From positions 294,680 through 358,679 of the forward strand of contig NW_003314281.1 in assembly GCF_000143415.4 (NCBI RefSeq): a stretch of DNA of 64,000 nucleotides, read 5' to 3'. The notes beneath the pieces are model-generated. The model did not search any database. It was not told the DNA's origin and saw only the letters and a list, made by a program, of their open reading frames with translations. Both the position numbers and the translations under genes were made by a program. Shown piece after piece: positions 10,759 through 21,462 of this stretch. The first letter of the stretch is position 1; each line of letters starts with the position of its first letter. This stretch comes from Selaginella moellendorffii. Its lineage: Eukaryota; Plantae; Lycopodiophyta.

Positions 10759-13227
10759 ACTCACTAATATATTAATAAGAATTTGGATAAAGAATTGTAC
10801 TAAAGTGCATAATACTTTATTTCACTTTCCATTTTAAGCCTCTAAAATTGCTTGTATAGAAATTACTATTCTTTCCATATAACCTCTTTGAAAGCTAGTG
10901 AATATCATGGATTTATAGCAAATTTCCTCATATGACTCAAATATATCTTGTAAAAGTTTATGTCACATTATGCTTTGTCATATCCAACAGAATGCTTTAT
11001 TACAAGAATTAGAAAAAATTTCCATCACAATTGAAATCATCTTTTACATAAGGCTTCTTTATGAGTAATATAATGAACACCAATTAAACATGGATTCTTT
11101 TGATGTATTTATTTTAAAACTCTACATTGTGCCCAAATATAGACTACATCCATCAATAGCAAGTGCTAGATCTAGGTTCAAGCCAATTACAACTTTTAAG
11201 GCTGTAAATATAAAATCATTCCTTAGTCTAATAGGTATACTTAGATGAATGTAAACTTTAAAACACATCAAAAATCTAGTAAAGTGTTTTTTAGTGCTTT
11301 CATTGCACACGATAGAATAAACCAGGATTGTACTCTTGAGTTCTTGGATTATATGGCACTGATGATTTTGCTCACCTATGCCTCCATCCACTTTCTTGGT
11401 AATTATCTTGATGTAGCTCAAGACCTACAAATGGTATTTTGTTGTTTCCTCATCTTCTACTAGTTGCATTGGCTCGTCGATTAGCTGCTTGCCTCTTCCT
11501 TTAATGTGTTGAGCTAGCTCCTCTATGAAGCTTCAGACTACTAGCTTTCTCAGCTGATTTGCGGCCTTGTGAATGAAGGTGCAGCTAACCTTGACTTTGT
11601 AGTGTTGCTGCAGCATTTGCTGTTGTTGTGGTTGCCTCATCTCGCTATATTGATTGGCTGAGAGTGTGTCACTATCAGATGCATAGGTGGACTAAAGAAG
11701 ACTAAGCCCGTACTCCTCCTAGACTTTCTTTTGTAGCCTCATCCTCTTCGCCCTAGTAAGTTTCTTGGCTGTGATCTTCTTAGCCTAAACTCACTTTATT
11801 AGTTGTGTCTATGGCCAATAGTTTTGTGGCATCTATAGGCACATCATGTGTCGAAATTTGTGGCCTAAATTGTCAAATTTCTTTCACAACTTCAATATCC
11901 ATTATTCACCTAGTATTGTCCGTTTGTGTGCTCATCACTTCCCCAATACTTGAAGAGATTTGCATTGGCATCGGGGTCGTCTCTATAGATGTAGGCGAGT
12001 CATGAATCTGTTTCTGATCTAGGTGTGGCATTTTATCACCATACTTGCTATGTCTAGATTATTCATGGCATACTCAGCCATTGCATTTCTGCGGAACGAA
12101 ATCTGGAGGTCTTATAGCTTGGATTTTTTTATCTAGGTGGAGTTTCTTGTTGAGGGGAAAATTTTCCTTACTTGAATCCATATCATTGGGATTTTGGGAA
12201 GTTTGCATATCCCTTGCTATCTCCCTCAGGGGAGATATTAGAGGTGGTGTAAGGAAAGGCATAGGATTCTTCTGAGATGTGTAATGTTCGTAGATATGCC
12301 ACAGAAAGATGAAAACTCCTATCTTTACTTGCCTTCTCTTTCCTATATGTAAGGCAACATGCTTCATTTCGGTTGTAAATCCATTGTAGGCAAAATGAGC
12401 TATATTTATTTGCCATCTAGTTTCAATAACTTCCAATAGGTGTGCTATCTTGATGCTGGTATATTACACAACCATCCTTCTGTCGATGATGACACATAAT
12501 ACCTTAAGCCTAGCATGATAGTCGGGCTTTAAGTAGGTGAAATTGCCTTCTTGTCCAGATGTGTAGTTAGGGAGGACATATTGATCAGGCATGTGATCCT
12601 TCTTGCTTATTAATTATTTTGCCCTTGTTATTTAGGCAAAACATTTGAGCAAACTGGATGAGTCCAAAGGGATGGACTCACTCTTAAAAGAGAAATGCAT
12701 ACTTCGTTGGGTATCACTTCTACATAAGCTCGATCCTTTCTCCAATGAATAAATATTTCTCCTTCGAGCAACTCTATATCAAAAGCATCAAGCCAAAATT
12801 TGTCACAGGGAGAAAACACAAGCTCCCTAAACAGCTTCATTTGGCTATAGTCAAGCTCTTCATTGTCAGACAAAATTTCCTCCACAAATTTGTCTTAGAA
12901 ATTTTTGCCATCCGTGGAGATTTGTAGGTAAAACACTTGGTGTTACGTGATCAGAAGATATAGTGCGGTGCCAATGAAAGTGCTTAAATGAGATTTTATA
13001 TTGACAGTGCTTCAAGGGTGGAGTTGATCGCTCGACCCAATAGGCTGCAGTGATGGCATTTGCCCTTGTGCGGTTTTAGGTGGCATTTGAGCTGCTTTAG
13101 AGCTAAGCTTGGAGTATCGATGCATCTTGGTGGAGGCATAAGCATAGGTGTAGAGTGAGTGAGAGGGAAAGAGCAAGAGAGAAAAATGAGCTCTTTAACT
13201 ACCTCTAATTTACCTAGGTCACCTTGC

Positions 13228-13796
13228 TGTAAACTCTTGAATTTGGACTTTCTGGGAGGTCACCCAGCCCAATACTATTCAAACCCAAGGATGCTTAACC
13301 CCAAGTATTAAAAGGAAAAAGGGGTGCACTCTTATTTATGGGCTCTTTCCCTCTATATTTAAACCTTTATGGATCGCATCTCGAGTCATTTTCTTTGGTT
13401 GCTTACAATCCACCACGCTTCCCTGCAAGTTCACGCCCTCGTGAATGGAAGTTGAGAGCTGCAGCTCTCTTGAGAGCCTCACTCTCTTGACACCCTACCC
13501 CTTGGGTCGAGCCCAGCGGGAGCAAACTGGACCTGCCAGATGTCAATTAACATGTGGTGCGATTCCCTTAACTAACTAATAGAGTCAGATTTGAGACCCC
13601 TTTGATACCAAATATAAGCTCTTGAATTTGGACTTCCCGGGAAGTCACCCAGCCTAGTACTATTCAAACCCAAGGACACTTAACCCCAAGTATCCCAAGA
13701 TTGGAAAAAGGGGTACACTCTTATTTATGGGCCCTTTCCCTCTATATTTGAACCCTTATGGATCGCATCTCGAGTCATTCTCTTTGGTTGCTTATA
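13228..13796 (-). mobile_element. Cassandra TRIM (5S rRNA-bearing LTRs 13228-13407 and 13613-13796)
   Basis: Two LTRs of about 180 bp, internal region of about 205 bp with tRNA-Met PBS (TTTGGTATCA) and PPT, TSD CTTGC/CTTAC. The LTR contains the 5S-like GGTTAAG..CTTGGG...TAGTACTAGGCTGGGTGAC..CCCGGGAAGTCC. Confidence 0.9.
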
Positions 13797-15908
13797 CTTA
13801 CCTTAATGCATTAGTGTCCCTTTGCCTTTGTTTGTTTTTGTATGTAAATGTATTGTAGGAAAAGTTTTCCTTGTTAGCTTGGTAATCTTTGTTTATTAAT
13901 CCTTGTAGTTTGTTAGTAAAAATTATAGAATGGGGTAAGAAAAATATAAACATTGCTCTTAGAGTATTCACCCCTTTTTATCTTTTTCTCTAAATTTTAC
14001 ATTGCCTAGAGAAATTTTCTATATGCTATACTAGCAAAATTTTGAAGGAAGGTCTACTCTAAAAAAAGAAATATCTATCCTATGTATCCTTTGATTATTT
14101 TTTTTTTGAACTTTCCCATCAATGAAAATACTCAGATATATGAGTGTTTCTCTAGCATAAAAATGAATCTTTCCCAAAGGATATGTAATTTCCCTTTGTT
14201 CTAGGTGAATAAATCCTTGTTTGAGCTTATCAAGAAAGACTACTGCTATCCAATTCTATTGATCTAGCTCTATAAAGAAATAAAAAAGCTCCCTCAATCC
14301 ATTTTGAAAGTTAGTCCCATAATTGAAAATCAGTCTCCCTTTTTATGGTTCTATAAAGTTTGATGTAGCTTTTTAAAATTTTTCTAAACCTCTATCCTTC
14401 ATCTAATTGGCCACTTTATTTATGCACTTAGGTAACTCATCAAGATGAATCCTTGCCAGGGCTTCATCCACGAGTTTATTCATAGTACCCTGAGATATAG
14501 ACAATATTTATGCTTATATTTTCATAGTACTTCCTTAAATAGTTTAAATTTACTATTACAGTATCATCCTCGTTTAAGGCGTGCACTTCAGCCATTCTTG
14601 GGGCTGATATCTTAAATAAAATGAATGGACCATTCCATTTTCTCTCGAATTTATTTCCAAGAGCATTTATTTTGCCTTGATACCAAAGAACTTTATCTCT
14701 TGGCTTAAGGTCACAAAAGATTTTCAATTGTCTATCATGCTTAGCCATTTTGGCTTTTTGAATTGCATGCAAGATCCATATTACTTTAAGCTAAAGCTCA
14801 TTCAAGTTTTTTATTTTGGCAAGTTTTTCCTTAAGAGCTTATTTTTTGTCTAAGCCATTTTTAATTGCAATATGCATTATAAAGAGGGCATTATAAATTT
14901 TATGGGTGTTAAAGATTTCTGGCCATAGGTAATACGAAATGGTGTCATATCTATAAATACTGTTCTATAGAATGCAATTTTATAAGCCCATAAAACATTT
15001 AGAATTTTTTTATCCTAATCTTTTTTATTGTCCTTTACAATCTTTTTCAAGATACTTCTAAGCACTTTATTAGTAGATTCAGCCTGGCTATTCCTTTGTA
15101 GTTAATATGGCATAAACATTTTGTTTTTAATAATAAATTCTTGCATAAAAATTTCTATTATTTCATTGATGAAATAGGTGTCTTTATATGTGATAATCTC
15201 CTTAGGCAAACCAAATTTTACAATGATGTTTTCATAAAGGAATTTAGCAATATTAGTAGCTAAGGCATATTTCATAAGCATAATGTCTATCCATTTCGTC
15301 ACATTATCAATTGCAACTAAAATGTATTTATTCCTCTTACTGTTTGTTACCATAGGTTCTACAAAATCTAATCCCCATTTATGAAATGCTTCATATAGAT
15401 AAATAGGATTTAGTTTATGGATTTTCTTTTTAGGTAGTAATTTATGCCTTTAGCAAATATCACAATTTTTGCAAGAAATTATTGTATCTTTCCAAAATGT
15501 AGACCACCATAGCCCTTCTTGTAAAACTTTCCTAGTAGTTATTTTGTTTATAAAATAGCCTTTTAATAGGCTTAAATGAGCTTCCCTTAAAATTTCATTT
15601 TATTCTTCTTGCCTATTAACATATCTCCTTAGTGTCATCATTGCCTAATTCATATAGGTGCTCCCCCACAATAGAGTAAGGTCATGTCCTTAAGACAAAC
15701 AATTTCTTTTTTTTTAGCAAGTTATAATAAGATGGAACAATGCTTATATATATCTTCTAAGGCACATAGATTGCAAATAAGTGAGCATTTGAGAGTTCGT
15801 CTACCTTAATATTAGATGACTCTCTTGGAGTAATATGGCTTAGGCAATTGACTTATTCATGGAATTTTCCAGGTTTATATACTATTTAAAGATTATATAC
15901 TTGTAATA

Positions 15909-15932
15909 AAGCTCTATTTCATTAAAGTGGGA
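15909..15932 (+). repeat. Left TIR
   Basis: Reverse complement of 26143-26166. Followed by an inverted sub-repeat TCCCACTT at 15943-15950. Confidence 0.9.
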
Positions 15933-16330
15933 ATTGTCATTATCCCACTTGTAAAATAAGGTTTCCAAACCTTTATATAGTATATAAATATAACAAAATT
16001 CAACTGCATTGAGGCACATGCCATTTTATTTTAAACAAGGAAATGTCTACTCAATCACTTCTCCTCCCCCTGCCACTGCTTCACCTCTCTCTTCTCCTTG
16101 TCATCGTCGTCCAATTTCTTTCCATCCTTTTAATATTGGCTCAGTTGCTCCGAGTCTAGGTGGAGCCCAAGTCCCCATTCAATCTTTACTTTCCCCTTAT
16201 TAATAAAACAACTTCGTAGACTTCCAATAACATGCTGTAACACTTCTAGTATAATGCAAATCCTCTCAAAGAATTGTCTTTTAATATTAATACAATGGCA
16301 TGGAACCCCATGCCATAATAAGTTACATTT

Positions 16331-18676
16331 TTAAATAAATACATGCCATCTTAGACTGTTATTTTTTGCGTTGAAGACCCAACTGAGCATTTCCCATGCT
16401 ACACCTGGAGCTTTCTTTGGATTCGAAAGCTCCATAGCCGTCTTCAGTTCCTCAGGCACGGGTAAATTGACCTCCCTCAGATCAATTCGATCAGCCTTGT
16501 CGAACGAAGCTGGGAAGTCACTCCAGTCCCACTTTGCTGCAGGACCAATAACAAGGGCAAGTGTGAAGATGCGGACATTCGTCAGTATCTTCTTCTTAGG
16601 CATTATCCCATGGATTTCCCACATCTCCTTGCCTTTCAACTGAGCCTTCACCTCGTTCAAGGCCTTCCAGAACTTGTGATAGGATTCGGTGTCGTAAATC
16701 ATATAGTGGACTGAAGATTTCACCTCCGCAAGTCCCACCATTAAGTCAATGATGGAGTTGACTTCATCTGCATGAGTGATCTCCTCGTTTGTGAAGTCCA
16801 TCACACAAAAGATGTTCTTGACCTACTCATCTCCGCGGGAAATGATGCTCCTCCACCTTTGATCCTCATCCGAATTCACGTATACCCGGTAAGGTTCTCG
16901 ATAGGCCTCTGCTGCGGGGTCGAGTTATTTCTGAAGCCGGCAGTCGACATCCCTCTTAATGAAATTTGGATACTGATCCCACTTTTCAGCTTTACTTTTC
17001 GTGGCATCCTGCAGCAGATCGATGAACTTGGGGGCCCCCTTCACGTACTCGTCGATGTCTTCATTTGACAAATCCAACGCTTCCATCATCTCTTGCGTGG
17101 TGTCGATGCTCACCCTCTCCACAGCCACTTGCTCGAAGATCCAATCCTTCAATAGCGCACGAGCTCTCAGAGTCGTGCACAAGTCCTCGTATGTCACAAT
17201 ATGGCCGGGAGTCATTTTGGTCTTGTTGAAGACTACCTCACCACGTAGAAGAGCATTAGCCACTATCAGAAGGTCCTCATCGTCTAGAGACCGCGAGAAA
17301 TGCAAGGCATTGAGCTTCAAATCATTGGGCTTCCGGCCGTCCTCCACACCCATTGAGTTTAGTAACTCCCCGTCATGGTACCTCCTCAGCACATCTACCC
17401 ATTTGTCAAAAATAACTTTTGTCGCGAGTAGAATGTTATGGATGCTGAGTGTGTCATTGACCCCCAGTGTTTTCGAGAGAAGACTCGAGAATTCCTGCAA
17501 TGGAAATGGCGTGAGGCCATATGCTATGCCACATGCAACGAGGCTTACCTGCCAGGCGCTAGTTGCTAGTGCATGTCCTTGTCCTGGTTTTTGTGGCTTC
17601 TTCAGTTGAACCCAGAGCTTCCGTGTTCGTGCCAATGTCTCGTGCAGACCCGATTTGTAGCACGTTTCTTGCTTGACATTCTGCGTGTGGGAGATGTATA
17701 TGATAGATCGGAGGGGCGAGTTGCCTTTTATCAGGCGGACGACTCTTGTCTTGAAGACTTTCTTCACCTCCTCGCCCACCATAATATCCACAACTATCTC
17801 TTGCATCACCAAGCTAGAATGCTGCCCGGAGACGGCATAGAACCGGATGTTCTGATCGTCCAACACGACATCGCAGACGTGATCCCCTACTACCGAACAA
17901 TGAAGGGCGACACGAGGTGTCCAGACTTGATCAATAGGAAGGGGTGTTACTGGACTTGCTAGCATCTTCTGCTTCAGTTTCTCCACCCACTCATCAGATA
18001 CTAGCCTGTGGTTGTATTTGCTTTGGATGTCGATACGGCTCACGTCGATTGTATATACTTTGTTGGAATAGTAACAAGTACTATTATCTGCGACGATTTT
18101 TGCTGCCTCTTCTTGCTCTTTCTGCTCTTTGCGGCTCTTCTTTTTGGTGGGTGTAGTGTTTGAACCCGAGGCAATGGCATCACCGAGTAGCTTCTTTTTT
18201 GGAGCAGGAGAGTCGGACGTCGGCTTGAGCTTGACCACCCTTTTCTGCTTCGGGGTAGTTTCCAGATCGACCCCCTTCCCCTTCGCTTCGCGAATTGGAG
18301 GCACTCTCAACGGCTCAATGTTGGAATATAGTTTTTGAACATCGCCGTAGGTGAGGTCCGTGGATTCCAGAATGATTTGCCATTCTTCGAGGTGGTGGAT
18401 TTCTTCTTCGACACCCTCCGGGAAGCCGCTAGGATGTGCAAGGTGGATCTTGAAGGCAAATGCTGTCTCTACCACAAGTGCCAGTCCATATTCTTGCATG
18501 GAACTACATGGAGTGTCTGTCACTTAGATGAGGATCCCCATGCATTCTTTTCTCCCACCATCTGTGTTGTACAGCCTCAGATCCTCGCCTTCCATCCCGA
18601 AAGTCCAACTGGTGAGCTCCTCCCCCTTCTCTGCATCCACATTGACAGTGGCTGGAAGAAGAACGCAATTCCTCGC
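16331..18676 (-). pseudogene. Transposon accessory gene (about 760 aa): SH3-like N-domain, ParB/Srx-like domain and possible degenerate N4C/N6A methyltransferase-like C-domain; 3 nonsense codons, probable 54-nt intron at 17495-17548
   Basis: ORFs 16925-18523 and 16331-16804 and the upstream sequence (MEGEDLRLYNTDGGRKECMGILI*VTD) share one frame, broken only by TAA/TAA/TAG. ParB-like motifs: YTIDVSRIDI..YNHRLVSDEWVEKLKQKM...FYAVSGQHSSLV...IIYISHTQNVKQE. GTAAG...TTGCAG in-frame intron. Confidence 0.7.
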
Positions 18677-20141
18677 CTATTCAGAAATGCACAACAATTA
18701 GAGCTGACAGATGAAAAGCTAGCAGCTGGAAATAACGTGAGGCCACACACCATTCACCACTGCATCAGATGTCTTGAGGCTGCATCCTAAGATGGCGTGA
18801 GGCTACACGCCATCTGTAACCGGACTGCACTCGAGAGCCCAATTGGTGCATGCCAATGTTGCTACTGAATGGCATGTGGCCTCATGCCATTTTCTACATG
18901 GCCTAAAAGACTTACCATTTGAAGCCGAATGGAGGCGTGACAATCGAGGCCGGACTCGCTGGCGAATGTGCACTATGTGTGCAGCGGATCTTAGCAGCAA
19001 GGCTACTCTGCCACTTACAGTTGGAGAGTGGCGCTGAAATCTCCCGGGATGCCAAGTGGGCTGCGTGTGGGTGGCGGAGTGGGCGGCGGAGTTGGCGGTG
19101 AAGTTACAAACTGGGTGTGTCTTGAAGTGGACGCCGATGCACACGAGTGCGATGCGAGCGCGAGTGTGATGCAAGCGCGAGTGGACGCCGATGCACACGA
19201 GAAACCTGTAGAGAAGGTAGATGAGCGCGAATGTGAGCGTGATCGCGAGTGGGAGCGTGATGCAAGCGCGAGTACCAAGCAAAATGCAAAACCTAACTTC
19301 ACACCTGCGAAATGTCACGACGGTTGGTAATCCCGCCACGTCATCATTCCTCGGACTTGGGCGCCACCATTAATTTCTGGATCGCCACGCGCATGCATGC
19401 ACGTGAAATCCAAAAGAAATCCGCAACGTCATCATTCCTCGGACTGCATGCACGCAAAATCCAAAAGAAAGATCATGATTAGAATATCATTTAATACCCT
19501 CGCTATATTTATACCATGCATGATTGGATATTCCAAAGCATCTTGTATTTCCAAAAATGCCAGATGTTCAGCTAAATAAAGAATGGTATACAAATCCCAA
19601 AAAATGCACCAAAAATTGCTCGGCGTCATCTGGTGTTATCTCTTGAATGGCGTGGGGCCGCATGCCATTTTCAAGGGCACATAGGAGTATATTCCTAGAA
19701 TATTCTAACACGTGCGAGATGTTTTTGAGTTTTCTGGAGATCCAACCGTTAGATCGCAACTAGATTTTACAGAATGGTATACAATGTCTTTCTTGATGAC
19801 CCTGCAAAGAAGCATCTTGATCGGACACCACATGAGACCACACGAGCCTTACAATGTTTCAGGGGCATTTGCCATAGATCCGACTGTTATTTTGCTCCAA
19901 GATTTTACAGTTTGGTGTGCATTGACCTTTCCATTGACACTGCAAAGGGACATCACAATCAGATGTGGGATCACAAGAAACTAACTTCACTAACTCTGGT
20001 TTCACTAAGATCTATGTAAGGAGTTATGAAATGAAAGGACCCTCTCTATTGAAATGTGTTTATGGTCCTAGGGGCATTGTGACATATCAAAGGATTTTGC
20101 ATCAAGTTCTGTATTTGCATGTTTATCAAGCTACTGAATTG

Positions 20142-20168
20142 CTAAACCCTAAACCCTAAACCCTAAAC
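20142..20168 (+). repeat. Interstitial plant telomere-type repeat (CCCTAAA)x3-4
   Basis: CTAAACCCTAAACCCTAAACCCTAAAC. Confidence 0.9.
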
Positions 20169-21462
20169 ATGTGGCAAATGCTGCGTGAAGAAAGATGCCC
20201 TTTCTGGGCAAATGCTATAAGAGGCAGATGCCGAGCAGATGTATCTCAGGCTAGCGAAGGGGACAAACGAAAGCTAGCTATAAACATGACGGGATGCAAA
20301 TAGATTACTAGGCTGGTCCTGCGAAAATCAAAAACCATAATTGAAAACATTGAAAATGCAAAAAGAAAGGTTTATAATATTTTTGAATTTTAAGCAACCA
20401 AAGGAATGTAAGTAGGGCATGTGTTTGTAAGTTTAAAAATGCCTCAACCACTTAAATTCCCAAGTAAATAAAGTTGTTTCTATTTTTGGTACAGGTAAAC
20501 TTTATAGCGTGTGGGCTTATGCAATTTTGAACCCAAAAATGCACCAAAAAATGCTCGACTAGCATTATTCTTTGAATGGCGTGTGGCCTTATATTGCCAT
20601 AAATGGACGTACACACACAGCATAATTATTCCTTTACACGGCGAATAATTTTGGCGCGGATCGCTGACATGGCATGGCAAAGTTCGAATCACTGACATGG
20701 CACAGCTGGATCGAGGCAAGGACATGATGTGACAAAGTTCAACCTCCGACAGCAAAGTCTAGAAGCTACTCAGTTTGAAATTTGTCAGAGGAATCATAAG
20801 ATTTGGTTTGTCAGAGGATTTGATGTGACGTTCAAGCGTGTGTTATTTTTGAATTCTCGAACTCATTCCTAGGTCTATCATTTTTGTGCGCCGTGTTTTT
20901 GGTTCCGCTGAGTGCAGTGAGCGCTGCTTGTGTAAGCGGCGTTGTGAGCTGTGGTTTATGCGTCTACAAGCGGTTGCGGCATTGCGAGCGCCATTGCGAG
21001 CGGCAGTTTATGCGAGTGGCAGTTTGTGCGAGCGGCGCTACGAGCAGTTGCGGTGTTGCAAGCGGTGCTACGAGTAGTTGCGGTGTTGCGAGCGGCACTG
21101 TCTTTGGTGTGGCTACCGCTTCCTCTTGATATTCGGCACTTGTGCTTCCTGGTATGTTCACCATGGAATGGCTTAGAACCACATTTAGAAATGGCATGAG
21201 GCCACATGCCATCTTGGGCCCTTGCAATTTCATGGCTAGCGTATTGTCATGTATGTTTTTACTTGCCTGCAGCTGTGTGTATATCAAGATGGCATGAGGC
21301 CTCATGCCAATTTTGTGAATGTGAAATTTCACGTGGGTGTCAATAGCATGTTTGAATAATGGTATGTGGCCTCATGCTATTGAGGTTGTTTGGTATGTTA
21401 TGATTTAGGCCATTCTCCAATCATTTTTTGTATGGTCTTAACTTCTTTTCTGCACTTTCAGA

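Noticed and set aside
19015-19339. Overlapping R/A/H-rich ORFs (also 20884-21332)
   Set aside because: GC-rich repeat blocks are open in many frames; more likely promoter or UTR sequence.
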